In this document: positions 27,533-37,448 of the stretch, piece by piece
Layout: each line of letters begins with the position of its first letter
Numbering within the stretch: position 1 is the stretch's first letter
Assembly: GCA_040905475.1 (NCBI GenBank)
Contig: JBBDRM010000100.1
Span: forward strand, 26,383 to 90,382
DNA length: 64,000 nucleotides
Origin: Actinomycetota bacterium
Lineage (GTDB): Bacteria > Actinomycetota > AC-67
Direction of reading: 5' to 3'
Notes under the pieces: generated by a model
Seen by the model: only the letters and a program-made list of their open reading frames with translations
Told to the model about the DNA's origin: nothing
Database searches by the model: none
Position numbers and translations under genes: made by a program

Positions 27533-28332
27533 CCGCTCCCGGTAGCCAGCCGCCAGGACGGATTCACCGGGCCGATCCCTTTGCCGATCGCGAGCGAGTG
27601 CTCGATCGCGCCGGTGACGAACTCCTTCGCATCTCCCACGGCGACCTCAAGTGCCAGCCCCTTCGCGAGCCCGGCGGCGATCGCAGCCGACAGCATGCAA
27701 CCGGTCCCGTGCGTGTTGGGCGTGTCGAGGCGACGCCCGGCGAACTCGCGGATCCCCTCCGAAGTCACGAGCACGTCCACCGCGTCGGCTCCTTCGACGT
27801 GGCCGCCTTTCACGAGAACCGCGCGGGCGCCGAGCGCCAGGATCGCTTGCCCGGCCGAGACCTGATCGGCGTGCGTCTTGACCACCGGCATCCCGGCCAG
27901 CCCGGCCGCCTCGTGGGCGTTGGGCGTCACGACGAGCGCCAGCGGCACGATCCACCGGCGAAGCGCGTCCACCGCGTTCTCGTTCAGCAACGGGTCGCCG
28001 TGCTTCGAGACGAAGACCGGATCGACGACGAGCCGATCGATCTCGACCTCGCGGATCGCGCGCGCGACCGCATCGATTATCGGCTCGCCCGCGAGCATGC
28101 CGGTCTTGGCCGCATCAACGCCGATGTCGGACGCCACGGCGGTGATCTGCTCGGCAACGGTCTCGGGCGGCAACTCGACGAAGCCGCTCACGCCGACGGT
28201 GTTCTGCACCGTGACGGCGGTGATGGCCGTCATCCCCCACACACCCAACGCTTGGAAGGTCTTGAGGTCCTGCTGGATCCCCGCACCGCCGCCCGAGTCG
28301 GAACCGGCGATCGTGAGCACCCGATAGATCAC
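27529..28332 (-). CDS. thiD: Hydroxymethylpyrimidine/phosphomethylpyrimidine kinase
   Basis: The sequence [31 protein letters not shown]...TPNAHEA...[15 protein letters not shown] is present. The GTG start at 28330-28332 follows a GGGAGG RBS. The track ORF (534 aa) is over-extended. Confidence 0.85.
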   Translation of the reverse strand: MIYRVLTIAGSDSGGGAGIQQDLKTFQALGVWGMTAITAVTVQNTVGVSGFVELPPETVAEQITAVASDIGVDAAKTGMLAGEPIIDAVARAIREVEIDRLVVDPVFVSKHGDPLLNENAVDALRRWIVPLALVVTPNAHEAAGLAGMPVVKTHADQVSAGQAILALGARAVLVKGGHVEGADAVDVLVTSEGIREFAGRRLDTPNTHGTGCMLSAAIAAGLAKGLALEVAVGDAKEFVTGAIEHSLAIGKGIGPVNPSWRLATGSG

Positions 28333-29351
28333 GCGTCCTCCCCGAAATGATCCCAGCCGAGCCCGGCGAGCGGTGATCGCGCCCCGTCCGGTTCGATCAA
28401 GACCCGATCGTCCCCCACCAACTCGCCGATCGGGGTCACGGGTGTTGGAGCAAGGGCCTCGGCGAGCGCACGCACCTGAGCCGCCGGGATGGCGATCGCG
28501 AGCTCGTAGTCGTCCCCGCCCCCAAGGACGAGCCGGTTCCGGTCGGCGCCGGCCCAGGCCGCTACATCGGTGACCCCCTCCGCCATCGGGACGGACGCCG
28601 CGCGCATCTCGACTCCGATTCCGGACGCATCGCACAGGTGACCGACGTCTGCCGCCAGCCCGTCCGAAACGTCGATCATCGCGGTGGCCCCCACGGCCGC
28701 CGCCGCGAGGCCTTCCGGAACGCGCGGCTTCGGGCGGCGATGCGCGGCGACCAGTGCCGGGAACCGTTCGAGGAGCGCAACCGCTCGTTCGTCCTCGTGC
28801 GCTGCGCGGAGGAGCCACAGTCCGGCCGCAGCCCCGCCGACCGATCCGGTGACGCAAACGACGTCTCCCGTCCGCGCGCCTCCACGGCGCACGACACCCG
28901 ACGGCCCGGCGTCGCCGAGCACCGCAACGGAAACGATCAGACGGTCCGAACCCACCGTGTCGCCGCCGACCACCGAAACGCCGAACGTACGCGCGCACTC
29001 CCCGAGCCCGTCGTACAACGCCTCGAGCGTGGCGACCGGCGTCGACGCCGGCGCTCCGAGCGACACCAGCGCGTAGCGGGGCACGCCACCCATGGCCGCG
29101 ATATCGGAGAGGTTCACCGCCAGCGCCTTCCAACCGATGTCGCCTGGCGAGGAGAACGCGAAGTCGAAATGAACCCCCTCGAGCAGCAGGTCCGCCGTCG
29201 CCAGCGCCGTACCCCCGAACCTCAGCGCCGCCGCATCGTCCCCAGGCCCGAGGACGACGTTCTCGCCCGGGGGTCCGAGGCGGGATACGAGCCGCGCGAT
29301 GAGACCGAATTCGCCGAGGTCACGCGCGTCCTCACCCACGCTCGCCAGCAT
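28329..29351 (-). CDS. thiL: Thiamine-monophosphate kinase
   Basis: The sequence LGEFGLIARL...AADLLLEGVHFD...GGDT is present. Start MLASVGEDARD. The stop overlaps the thiD start. Confidence 0.85.
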   Translation of the reverse strand: MLASVGEDARDLGEFGLIARLVSRLGPPGENVVLGPGDDAAALRFGGTALATADLLLEGVHFDFAFSSPGDIGWKALAVNLSDIAAMGGVPRYALVSLGAPASTPVATLEALYDGLGECARTFGVSVVGGDTVGSDRLIVSVAVLGDAGPSGVVRRGGARTGDVVCVTGSVGGAAAGLWLLRAAHEDERAVALLERFPALVAAHRRPKPRVPEGLAAAAVGATAMIDVSDGLAADVGHLCDASGIGVEMRAASVPMAEGVTDVAAWAGADRNRLVLGGGDDYELAIAIPAAQVRALAEALAPTPVTPIGELVGDDRVLIEPDGARSPLAGLGWDHFGEDA

Positions 29352-29439
29352 AGCCCCGGTCGTCGGGGGCTTCGCCGGGCTTGCCCCCGGTCGCCGCGTC
29401 GGGAGAGAATCCGTCGCAAGACGAGTCGGGAGGCAGGGA

Positions 29440-29649
29440 ATGGGCGTCATCAACACCATCGAGCTCGAAGGCGTTTCCAACGAATCCTGGGGCGCCGCCG
29501 CCCGCGAGGCCCTGCGCGAGGCCGCCAAGACGATCCGCCACATCCAGAAGATGGACGTTCTCTCGACCGCCTGCTCGGTCAAAGAGAACAAGCTGACCGA
29601 ATATCGCACCCAGGTTCGGCTCTATTTCGAGGTCGAGCCGAGCCGATAG
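29440..29649 (+). CDS. Dodecin-family small flavin/CoA-binding protein (69 aa)
   Basis: The sequence MGVINTIELEGVSNESWGAAAREALREAAKTIRHIQKMDVLSTACSVKENKLTEYRTQVRLYFEVE is present. ATG follows a GGGAGG RBS. Confidence 0.55.
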   Translation: MGVINTIELEGVSNESWGAAAREALREAAKTIRHIQKMDVLSTACSVKENKLTEYRTQVRLYFEVEPSR

Positions 29650-29722
29650 CAACCGGCCCACGAAACACTTCCGAAACTTCCGATTCTTGTTTTGTCTGCT
29701 CAGCGGCCCGGCCGGTATCATT

Positions 29723-29738
29723 TGTGAACGCTTTCACA
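29723..29738. promoter_or_regulatory. CRP/GlxR-type binding site TGTGA-N6-TCACA upstream of pckA
   Basis: The sequence TGTGAACGCTTTCACA is a perfect consensus half-site pair. It lies 54 nt upstream of the pckA GTG. Confidence 0.5.
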
Positions 29739-29791
29739 ACGGGGTGGGCGCGCGTCGTCGGCGTCCTGCCGATGACGCAAGGAGCCCGGCC

Positions 29792-31357
29792 GTGACCCAG
29801 AAGAAGCTCGAAGGGCCTTCTTACCTTCTCGAAGCGAGATCGTTCCTCGTCGACCCCTCGCAGGATGAGCTCATCGAGCTCACCGCGAAGATGCCCAACG
29901 CGAAGTGGACCAGTTACGAGAACCTGAACGTGACGACGCGCGTCGACTCGCGCAGCGCCGCCTCGACCTTCATCGCGACCGACTCACCCGACGCTCACAA
30001 GGGTCACAAGACGATCACGCGGGAGGAGTACGCGCGCGTCGCGGAGATGCAGGAGGCGTACATCCGCGACCAGGACATGGTCGTGATCAACGGCTACATC
30101 GGCAACGACGAAGCCTTCCGTGTGCCCGCGCGACTCGTGATCGAGGCGCGCAACGCGAACGTCGCCGGCTCGCAGGACCTCCTCTACTTCCACGAGGGCC
30201 AGTCGCCCGACCACGAGCCCGAGGTCACGGTCATCTACACGCCGAACCTCCAGGCGCCGGGCTATCCGAACGAGCGCCTGATCGCGGTGGACCTCGAGAA
30301 CAACGTCACCCGCGTCATCTACTCCGACTACTTCGGTGAGTCGAAGAAGGGTGGCCTGCGGATGTGGAACAAGATCGTCTTCGACCGCGGCGGTCTCGGC
30401 CTGCACGCGGGCGGCAAGGTCATCCCGACGCCGAACGGCGACAAGACGTTCTTGATCATCGGCCTGTCGGGGACCGGCAAGACGACGACGACGTTCACGC
30501 GGCAGAACGACTCCAAACCCGTGCAGGACGACTTCATCGCGCTGATGCCGGGCGGCAAGATCTACGGGACCGAGAACGGCTGCTTCGCGAAGACCTACGC
30601 GCTGTCGCCCGAGTACGAGCCGACGATCCACAGCGCAGTCACTTCACCCGGCTCGTACCTAGAAAACGTCTCGCAGAAGAACGGCGATCTGGACTTCTTC
30701 GACGAGTCGTTCACGGCCAACGGCCGCGCGGTCTTCGCGATGGAGAAGCTGGGCTGGTTCAAGGACGCGCGTGAGGCCGGCACGGTCGACTACCTGCTCA
30801 TCCTCAACCGGAACAACAACATCATCCCTGCCGTCGCCAAGCTCAGGCCCGAGCAAGCCGCTGCCTACTTCATGCTCGGCGAAACGCAGGGCACGAGCGC
30901 CGGCGGGAAAGACGAGGCCGGCAAGGCGCTCCGCGTGCCCGGAACGAACCCCTTCTTCCCGCTCCCGCACGAGCTGCAAGGGAACCGCTTCCTCGAGCTG
31001 CTGAACACGCACTCGATGGAGGTTTTCCTGATGAACACGGGGTGGATCGGCGGGGACGACGCCGACGAGAAGGAGGGCCGCGCCAAGAAGGTCAAGATCC
31101 CCATCTCGAGCGCCGTCGTGAAAGCGGTCGCCGAAGGCACGATGACCTTCGAGGAGGACCCCGACTTCGGTTACGGACTCGCGACCGCGGTGCCGGGCAT
31201 CGACGACCCCGAGTTCCTGAAGCCGTGGCTCCTCTACGAGCGTCAGGGCCGCGCCGGCGAGTACGGGGAACAGGTCGCCCGATTGAAGAAGGAGCGCGCC
31301 GAGTTCCTGGGCGGCTTCACAGGCCTCGGCTCTTCGATCGCGTCAGCCGTGTCCTAG
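29792..31357 (+). CDS. pckA: Phosphoenolpyruvate carboxykinase (ATP-dependent type)
   Basis: The sequence LIIGLSGTGKTTTTFT...DDFIALMPGGKIYGTENGCFAK is present. GTG follows an AAGGAG RBS. Confidence 0.9.
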   Translation: MTQKKLEGPSYLLEARSFLVDPSQDELIELTAKMPNAKWTSYENLNVTTRVDSRSAASTFIATDSPDAHKGHKTITREEYARVAEMQEAYIRDQDMVVINGYIGNDEAFRVPARLVIEARNANVAGSQDLLYFHEGQSPDHEPEVTVIYTPNLQAPGYPNERLIAVDLENNVTRVIYSDYFGESKKGGLRMWNKIVFDRGGLGLHAGGKVIPTPNGDKTFLIIGLSGTGKTTTTFTRQNDSKPVQDDFIALMPGGKIYGTENGCFAKTYALSPEYEPTIHSAVTSPGSYLENVSQKNGDLDFFDESFTANGRAVFAMEKLGWFKDAREAGTVDYLLILNRNNNIIPAVAKLRPEQAAAYFMLGETQGTSAGGKDEAGKALRVPGTNPFFPLPHELQGNRFLELLNTHSMEVFLMNTGWIGGDDADEKEGRAKKVKIPISSAVVKAVAEGTMTFEEDPDFGYGLATAVPGIDDPEFLKPWLLYERQGRAGEYGEQVARLKKERAEFLGGFTGLGSSIASAVS

Positions 31358-31381
31358 CTCCGATCCGTTAGGCTTAGTTTC

Positions 31382-32101
31382 ATGGTCGACAGAGCTGCCC
31401 TGCGAACGTACATCCGGTCGATCTACGAGTCCGAACGCGTGGTGAGCGACAATGGACGGGAGTTTCCCCTCTCCCCGACCGGCATCTCCGAGGAACAAGG
31501 CGAAGCGATCCGCGACTCGGTCATGGCCGAGGGCGCGACGCGCACATTGGAGACCGGATTCGGGCTCGGGCTGTCGGCTCTCTTCCTCGCGGAAGGCCTC
31601 CTGGCTTCGGGCGATCCCAGCGCGAGACACGTTGCCGTGGATCCATTGCAGAAAGCGCTGTTCGACGACGTTGGCCTCCGCGTCATCCACGAAGCCGGCC
31701 TCAGCGAAGTGGTAGAGCTCGTTCGCGAGCCGTCTTCGCTCGCGCTTCCCCGGCTCGTAGACGACGCGCTCAACCACGGGGGCAAGATAGAGCTCGGGAT
31801 CGGCTCGGTCGGCGCCTTCGACGTCGCCTTCATCGACGGCGATCACCATTTCGAGAACGCTTTCCTCGATATCTATTACTCGTTCGCCCTCGTGAAGCCA
31901 GAAGGGCTGATCATCATCGACGATGTCCTCTTGCCCGCCGTGGGGAAGGCGCTGAGCTACTTCGAGAACAACCTCGTGCTCCATCGGCTCCCGTCACCGA
32001 TCGGCTCGCGCATACACAAGGGGAAGATCCTCCGAAGGGGGGGGGCAGCGGGAAGAGGCCGTGGCGTTCCTGCGCCGGCCCTCGGAAGCGATCGTCCGTG
32101 A
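31382..32101 (+). CDS. Class I SAM-dependent O-methyltransferase (Methyltransf_24-like)
   Basis: The sequence TLETGFGLGLSALFLA...VAVDP...FIDGDHHFENAFLDIYYSFALVKPEGLIIIDDV is present. Confidence 0.7.
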   Translation: MVDRAALRTYIRSIYESERVVSDNGREFPLSPTGISEEQGEAIRDSVMAEGATRTLETGFGLGLSALFLAEGLLASGDPSARHVAVDPLQKALFDDVGLRVIHEAGLSEVVELVREPSSLALPRLVDDALNHGGKIELGIGSVGAFDVAFIDGDHHFENAFLDIYYSFALVKPEGLIIIDDVLLPAVGKALSYFENNLVLHRLPSPIGSRIHKGKILRRGGAAGRGRGVPAPALGSDRP

Positions 32102-32122
32102 CTGGGATCAATTCGTAACGTT

Positions 32123-32752
32123 CTAAGCGCCTTCGGCCCCGAGCGCGACGAGCACCTCGGCGTCGCTCACCTGAGGGAAGTGCGCGTACCACTGCCCCAC
32201 GGCGGCGAAGGGCTCCGGCGTCGCCAGGCACACGACCTCATCAGCGACGGCGCTGAGTCTTTCGATCGATTCGTAAGGCGCGACCGGAACGGCCAGCACG
32301 ACCGACCGCGCACCCTGCGCCCGGAGCGATCGAACGGCCACCTCGGCGGTTCCGCCGGTCGCGATGCCGTCGTCGACGACGATACAGTCCCTGCCGGATA
32401 CCGAGAGTCGGGGACGTCCCGCACGATAGAGCGCGAGCCGCCGCTTGATCTCCTTGAGCTGACGGGCGACCTCCGCGGCGATGTACTCCTCCGTCACGCG
32501 AAGCGCGTTGACGAGCCGTTCGTCGAGGACGGTCGTCCCGTCGGCCGCGACCGCGCCGATCCCCAGCTCCGGGTTGGCCGGCGCGCCGAGCTTGCGGGGC
32601 ACCACGACGTCGAGCATCCCACGGGTGACTGGGGCAACCTCCACAGCGACGATCACGCCGCCTCGCGGGATCCCGAGCACGAGCGCTCCCGCCCGCTCCC
32701 CCAGCGCCTCACCGAGCATCCGGCCGGCCTCACGCCGATCCGAGAAGATCAC
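32123..32752 (-). CDS. Phosphoribosyltransferase-family protein
   Basis: The PRTase fold sequence IVVDDGIATGGTAEVAVRSL is present. Confidence 0.7.
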   Translation of the reverse strand: MIFSDRREAGRMLGEALGERAGALVLGIPRGGVIVAVEVAPVTRGMLDVVVPRKLGAPANPELGIGAVAADGTTVLDERLVNALRVTEEYIAAEVARQLKEIKRRLALYRAGRPRLSVSGRDCIVVDDGIATGGTAEVAVRSLRAQGARSVVLAVPVAPYESIERLSAVADEVVCLATPEPFAAVGQWYAHFPQVSDAEVLVALGAEGA

Positions 32753-32858
32753 CGTTCGAGTCTACGCCGTGGGCCGAGTTGTCCCGGCCTCGGACGCCCC
32801 GTATAGAATCCCGGCTCTCATGGCTGCGACAAAGACGCGTCCCAAGGAGGTGAGGTCC

Positions 32859-33092
32859 GTGGTAAACGCGTACATCCTTATCCAGACCGAGGTCGGCCGC
32901 GCCGCGCAGGTCGCCAAGGAAGTGGCGCGGATCAAGGGCGTGAAGTCGGCCGAGGACGTGACCGGTCCCTACGACGTCATCGTCCGCGCCGAGGCCCGAA
33001 CGGTCGACGACCTGGGCAAGCTGGTCGTCGCGAAGATCCAGGGCGTTGAAGGGATCACGCGTACCCTCACCTGCCCCGTGGTGCACCTCTAG
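32859..33092 (+). CDS. Stand-alone Lrp/AsnC ligand-binding (RAM) domain protein (77 aa)
   Basis: The sequence VVNAYILIQTEVGRAAQVAKEVARIKGVKSAEDVTGPYDVIVRAEARTVDDLGKLVVAKIQGVEGITRTLT is present. GTG follows the strong SD AAGGAGGTGA. The alternative ATG at 32820 is less supported. Confidence 0.6.
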   Translation: MVNAYILIQTEVGRAAQVAKEVARIKGVKSAEDVTGPYDVIVRAEARTVDDLGKLVVAKIQGVEGITRTLTCPVVHL

Positions 33093-33108
33093 ACTCCGCA
33101 ATAACGGC

Positions 33109-33140
33109 GAGCGGGCCACGAGCCCGCTCGTTTCGTTCTC
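33109..33140 (+). terminator. Intrinsic terminator after the Lrp-like gene
   Basis: GAGCGGGC-cacga-GCCCGCTC is followed by GTTTCGTTCTC. Confidence 0.5.
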
Positions 33141-34251
33141 AGCCGGGACTCCCGTGCCGCTCGAGCGCCAGCTCTATGAGCCGGTCGATCAGCTTCGCGT
33201 AGGGGACGCCGCTCGCCTCCCACAGCTTGGGATACATCGAGATCGGCGTGAAGCCCGGGATCGTGTTGATCTCATTGAGGTAGAGCGTCCCGGAATCGTC
33301 CTCGTAGAAGAAGTCGACGCGGGCCATCCCCACGCAGTCGATCGCGCGGAACGCTTCGATCGCGACCCGGCGGACCTCATCGGAGATCTGCTCCGGGATC
33401 GGCGCCGGGATCCGCAACTCGCTCCCCTCTTCGAGGTATTTCGCTCCGAAGTCGTAGAACTCGTGGTGCGGGACGACCTCGCCGACGATCGACGCTTCGG
33501 GCTCGTCGTTGCCGAGCACGGCACACTCGAGCTCCCGCGCGGGGATCGCGCGCTCGACGAGCGCCTTCCGGTCGAACGACAGCGCCGTCTCGAGCCCGGC
33601 GCGGAGCTCGACAACGTTGCGACATTTCGAGATCCCGACGCTCGAGCCCATATTCGCCGGCTTCGTGAAGCACGGGAAGCCGATCTCTCCTTCGGCCAGC
33701 TCCACCAGACGAGCGGGGCTTCGCCGCCAGTCTTCGACGTGGACGTGGATATGCGGCACGACGCGAAGCCCGCGCGATGCGAAGAGCTGCTTCTGCATCT
33801 CCTTGTCCATCCCCAGCGCCGATGCGAGCACCCCAGCGCCCACGTATGGAACGCCGGCGAGCTCGAGCATCCCCTGCACCGTGCCGTCCTCCCCATACGG
33901 ACCGTGGAGCACGGGGAAAACGACGTCGACCGAGCCCGATCCCTTCGCGCCGGAAGCGCCCTCCAAGGGCCGGAGCGTCGCCTCACGGCCTTCCCTGACG
34001 AGCGCGACGCCGGTACCCTCTTCGCCGGTGCCGGGCAGCGCCCCCGGCGTCGCCTCGAGCTGCTCGAGAGTCTTGGCAGGGAGAAGCCACCGTCCTTGCT
34101 TGGTGATGGCGATCGGGACCACGTCGTACTTATCGAGATCGATCGCGGCCATCATCGAGCGCGCGCTCACGACGGAAACCTCATGCTCGGCCGAACGGCC
34201 GCCGTACAGGATCGCCAGCCGGATCCTCCTTGCCGGTTCACGCCCACTCAA
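33139..34251 (-). CDS. ddl: D-alanine--D-alanine ligase
   Basis: The sequence RIRLAILYGGRSAEHEVSVVSARS...VLHGPYGEDGTVQGMLELAGVPYVG plus an ATP-grasp domain is present. Confidence 0.9.
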   Translation of the reverse strand: MSGREPARRIRLAILYGGRSAEHEVSVVSARSMMAAIDLDKYDVVPIAITKQGRWLLPAKTLEQLEATPGALPGTGEEGTGVALVREGREATLRPLEGASGAKGSGSVDVVFPVLHGPYGEDGTVQGMLELAGVPYVGAGVLASALGMDKEMQKQLFASRGLRVVPHIHVHVEDWRRSPARLVELAEGEIGFPCFTKPANMGSSVGISKCRNVVELRAGLETALSFDRKALVERAIPARELECAVLGNDEPEASIVGEVVPHHEFYDFGAKYLEEGSELRIPAPIPEQISDEVRRVAIEAFRAIDCVGMARVDFFYEDDSGTLYLNEINTIPGFTPISMYPKLWEASGVPYAKLIDRLIELALERHGSPG

Positions 34252-35432
34252 GAAAGGGCCTCCACCAAGTCGGCGATCAGATCTTCGGGGTCTTCGATCC
34301 CAACGCTCACCCGCATGAGCCCGTCGGTTACCCCGGCCGCCTCACGGTCCTCACGCGAGAGTTGCGTGTGCGTGATGCTGGCCGGGTGGACGATCAGCGT
34401 CTTCGTGCCGCCGAGCGACGCCGCCGGCGACGCCAGCCGCACGCGCTCGAGCACGCGCCTTCCCGCCGGGATGCCGCCCGATACCTCGAACGTGAGCATC
34501 CCGCCGAACCCATTCGGGAACTGCTTCGCAGCGAGCTCGTGCTGCGGATGGGACGCCAGCCCCGGATACGTGACGCGCTCGACGGACGGCAATCGCTCGA
34601 GCGCCTTCGCGACCGCCTTGGCGTTGGAACAGATCCGATCCATGCGCAGTGCCAGCGTCTGTACGCCCCGGATCGTCAGCCACGCCTCCAACGGTGCGAG
34701 GCACCCGCCGTAGTCGATGCCGAGGTGGCGGATGCGTGCGATCGCCTCCGCGGTTCCGGACACGACGCCGGCGGTCACGTCCGAGTGACCGCCGAGATAC
34801 TTGGTGGCCGAGTGCACCACCAGGTCCACGCCGTGCTCGACGGCCGTGAACAGATACGGCGTCGTGAACGTCGCGTCGACGATCACCGTCACCCCTCGAT
34901 CGCGAGCGATAGCAACGAGTGCGTCCACGTCCGCGACCGGAAGCGAAGGGTTGCCGATCGTCTCGAAGTACAGCACGCGGGTGTTGTCGCGGAAGGCGCC
35001 GGCGACCGAGTCCGGGTCGGTCACGTTCACGAAGCTCACGTCGACGCCGGTTCGGGCCAGGATCTCGTTGAACAGCCCGAACGTTCCTCCGTAGATCTGG
35101 CGGGCCGACACCACGTGCTCTCCGGCCCTCACGCACGACGCGACCGTGCCGTGGATGGCTCCCATGCCGCTCGCGAACGTCGCGCTCGCTTCGGCGCCCT
35201 CCAGAGAGGCGATCGTCCGGGAAAGCGCGTCGACGGTCGGATTCGCCCAACGGGAGTAGAGATACCCACCCGAGATCTTGGATTTCCCGACGGCCGCGAA
35301 CTGTTCCATGTCCGAGAAGATGAACGGCGCGGACTGGTAGATCGGCACGCTTCCCGGCTCCTCCACCACCGGCTCGGTGGCTCGGCTCGCGTGCACGGAT
35401 CTCGTCGTGAAGCCTCGCCGTTCCTCGACCAC
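34248..35432 (-). CDS. PLP-dependent Cys/Met-metabolism enzyme (O-acetylhomoserine sulfhydrylase / cystathionine gamma-synthase family)
   Basis: The sequence VHSATKYLGGHSDVTAGVV...LGGTKTLIVHPASITH is present. Confidence 0.8.
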   Translation of the reverse strand: MVEERRGFTTRSVHASRATEPVVEEPGSVPIYQSAPFIFSDMEQFAAVGKSKISGGYLYSRWANPTVDALSRTIASLEGAEASATFASGMGAIHGTVASCVRAGEHVVSARQIYGGTFGLFNEILARTGVDVSFVNVTDPDSVAGAFRDNTRVLYFETIGNPSLPVADVDALVAIARDRGVTVIVDATFTTPYLFTAVEHGVDLVVHSATKYLGGHSDVTAGVVSGTAEAIARIRHLGIDYGGCLAPLEAWLTIRGVQTLALRMDRICSNAKAVAKALERLPSVERVTYPGLASHPQHELAAKQFPNGFGGMLTFEVSGGIPAGRRVLERVRLASPAASLGGTKTLIVHPASITHTQLSREDREAAGVTDGLMRVSVGIEDPEDLIADLVEALS

Positions 35433-35445
35433 GAGGGCTCGCCTC

Positions 35446-36417
35446 CTACCAGGAATGGATGTCGTTCAACGCGCGGTTGAGCACGTGCCACGGAAGATTT
35501 CCGCCGGACAGTACCGTGCCGACGATCCGCCCGGCCAGCTGTTCCCGGAGCTTCACCACACCCGCGAGGCCCGCCGCGCCGGCGCCTTCGGCCAGGTTGT
35601 GCGTCTTCTCGAGGAGCAAGATGATGGCGCGCCGCATCTCCTCTTCGGTCACGGTGATCACGTCGTCGACGAGGTCGCGCACCATCTCGAACGTCAGGGC
35701 CGGAGGTTGCCGGACGGCGATCCCTTCCGCGAACGTCGAGTTCGGCGCGCACTCGACGATCTGTCCGGCGTTCAGCGACTCCACGAAGCCCGGCGTGCGC
35801 TCGGCCTGAACGCCGATGACTTCGACCTCCGGTTTCAGGGTCTTCGCGACGAGCGCCGAGCCGCTGATCAATCCGCCGGCGCCGATCGGGAACACGATCG
35901 TGTCGAGCGTGGGCTCATGGGCGAACATCTCGAGCGCCACGGTTGCGTGACCCGCCACGATCAACGGATCGTCGGCGGCATGCAGATAGGTCGCCTTCCG
36001 CTCGGCCGCGATCTCCCACGCCTTGGCGACCGCCGCCTCGAAATCCTTGCCGTAGGTGACCACCTCCGCGCCGAGGTTGCGCATGGCTTCGACCTTGTCG
36101 GGGTTGGCCTTCTCGGGCACCACGACGGTCGCATGCGCTCCGACGATCCGAGCCGCGTAACACACGCCCTGCCCGTGGTTCCCTTGCGAGGCGGTGACGA
36201 ACCCTCTCGCCCGCTCCTCATTCGCCGCTCCCAGCATGCGGTTCAGCGCGCCGCGGACCTTGAAAGACCCCACCGGCTGGTGGTTCTCATATTTGATGAA
36301 CAGCCGGAGTCCGAGCATCTTGCCCAGCGAGATCGACTCGTAGAAGGCCGTCGGCGTGATGTACGGCCTGATCGTCCGCGCCGCAGCGAGGACGTCCACG
36401 AATGCGGGCCGGTCCAC
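35446..36417 (-). CDS. ilvA: Threonine/serine dehydratase (PLP, short catabolic-type)
   Basis: The sequence FIKYENHQPVGSFKVRGALN...ASQGNHGQGVCYAARIVG is present. The GTG start overlaps the gpsA stop. The track ORF (653 aa) is over-extended. Confidence 0.8.
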   Translation of the reverse strand: MDRPAFVDVLAAARTIRPYITPTAFYESISLGKMLGLRLFIKYENHQPVGSFKVRGALNRMLGAANEERARGFVTASQGNHGQGVCYAARIVGAHATVVVPEKANPDKVEAMRNLGAEVVTYGKDFEAAVAKAWEIAAERKATYLHAADDPLIVAGHATVALEMFAHEPTLDTIVFPIGAGGLISGSALVAKTLKPEVEVIGVQAERTPGFVESLNAGQIVECAPNSTFAEGIAVRQPPALTFEMVRDLVDDVITVTEEEMRRAIILLLEKTHNLAEGAGAAGLAGVVKLREQLAGRIVGTVLSGGNLPWHVLNRALNDIHSW

Positions 36418-37448
36418 TATCCGCTCCCTGGCAGGATGCCCAGGAACTCGGGCTCCGGGTCGCGGGTCAGCAGCTCCTCGACCATCGCCGCCGGGTCGGC
36501 GCCTTCGTCGACGATCCGTCGAACGCGCGTGGCGATGGGCATGTCGACCGCGTTGCGCCCGGCGAGGGCGGCGATCGAACGCGACGACTTCACGCCTTCG
36601 GCCACCATGTTCATCGAAGCGATGATCTCGTCGAGGGTTCGGCCCTTGCCGAGCTCCTCGCCGACGTGCCGGTTGCGGCTCTGCCGGCTCATGCACGTGG
36701 CCACCAGATCGCCCACGCCGGCGAGCCCCGCCATGGTGAGGGGGTTCGCTCCCAGCTTCACGCCCAAGCGCGTGATCTCGACCAGCCCGCGGGTGATGAG
36801 CGCGGCCTTGGAGTTGTCGCCGTACTCGAGCCCGTCGGCGATCCCGGCCGCGATCGCCACGACGTTCTTCGCCGCGCCGCCGATCTCGACCCCGCACACA
36901 TCGGTGTTGGTGTAGACGCGGAACGAGCGGCAATGGAAGAGTCGCTGGAGCCGCTCGGCGCGGGCGATGTCGGCGCACGCGATGACGGTTGCGCCGGGCA
37001 GATCGCGGGCGACCTCCTTGGCCAGATTCGGTCCCGAGACGGCCCCGGTCCTTTCCGGATCGACGTTTCCCGCCTCCGATATGACCTCGGTCATGCGTAG
37101 GAGCGATCCTTGCTCGACGCCCTTCGTGAGGCTCACGACCGAAGCATCCGGCGAGATGAGCGGACCCATCTCCTTCATCTTCTCGCGCAGGGCGTGCGAT
37201 GGGACGGCGACGACGACGACGGAAGCCCGCCCGACTGCTTCCTCCAGATCCGCGGTCGCCCGCAAGGTCGTGGGCAACGCGCAACCGGGCAGGTAGGACT
37301 CGTTCGCGTGGCGCGTGTTGATCTCGCGGGCGAGCTCGGGCCTGCGGGCCCACAAGAGCGTCGGCAGGTGGTTCCGCGCGAGCACGGTCGCGAAGGCGGT
37401 CCCCCATGATCCGGCGCCGACGACGGCGAGGTGCCCCCGCTTACCCAT
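36417..37448 (-). CDS. gpsA: Glycerol-3-phosphate dehydrogenase [NAD(P)+]
   Basis: The sequence LAVVGAGSWGTAFATVLARN...GAAKNVVAIAAGI is present. Confidence 0.9.
   Translation of the reverse strand: MGKRGHLAVVGAGSWGTAFATVLARNHLPTLLWARRPELAREINTRHANESYLPGCALPTTLRATADLEEAVGRASVVVVAVPSHALREKMKEMGPLISPDASVVSLTKGVEQGSLLRMTEVISEAGNVDPERTGAVSGPNLAKEVARDLPGATVIACADIARAERLQRLFHCRSFRVYTNTDVCGVEIGGAAKNVVAIAAGIADGLEYGDNSKAALITRGLVEITRLGVKLGANPLTMAGLAGVGDLVATCMSRQSRNRHVGEELGKGRTLDEIIASMNMVAEGVKSSRSIAALAGRNAVDMPIATRVRRIVDEGADPAAMVEELLTRDPEPEFLGILPGSG

Noticed and set aside
27529-29133. 534-aa thiD ORF, and similar over-long track ORFs (rimM 360 aa, trmD 305 aa, rnhB 277 aa, thiolase 535 aa, ilvA 653 aa, rpmF 164 aa)
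   Set aside because: The N-terminal extensions are read-through into upstream genes in a stop-poor GC-rich frame. I shortened them to conserved N-termini with plausible RBS and start codons.
29352-29439. Possible TPP riboswitch upstream of thiL-thiD
   Set aside because: There is no CTGAGA box or other THI-element signature on either strand. There is only a GC hairpin (GGGGGC...GCCCCC).
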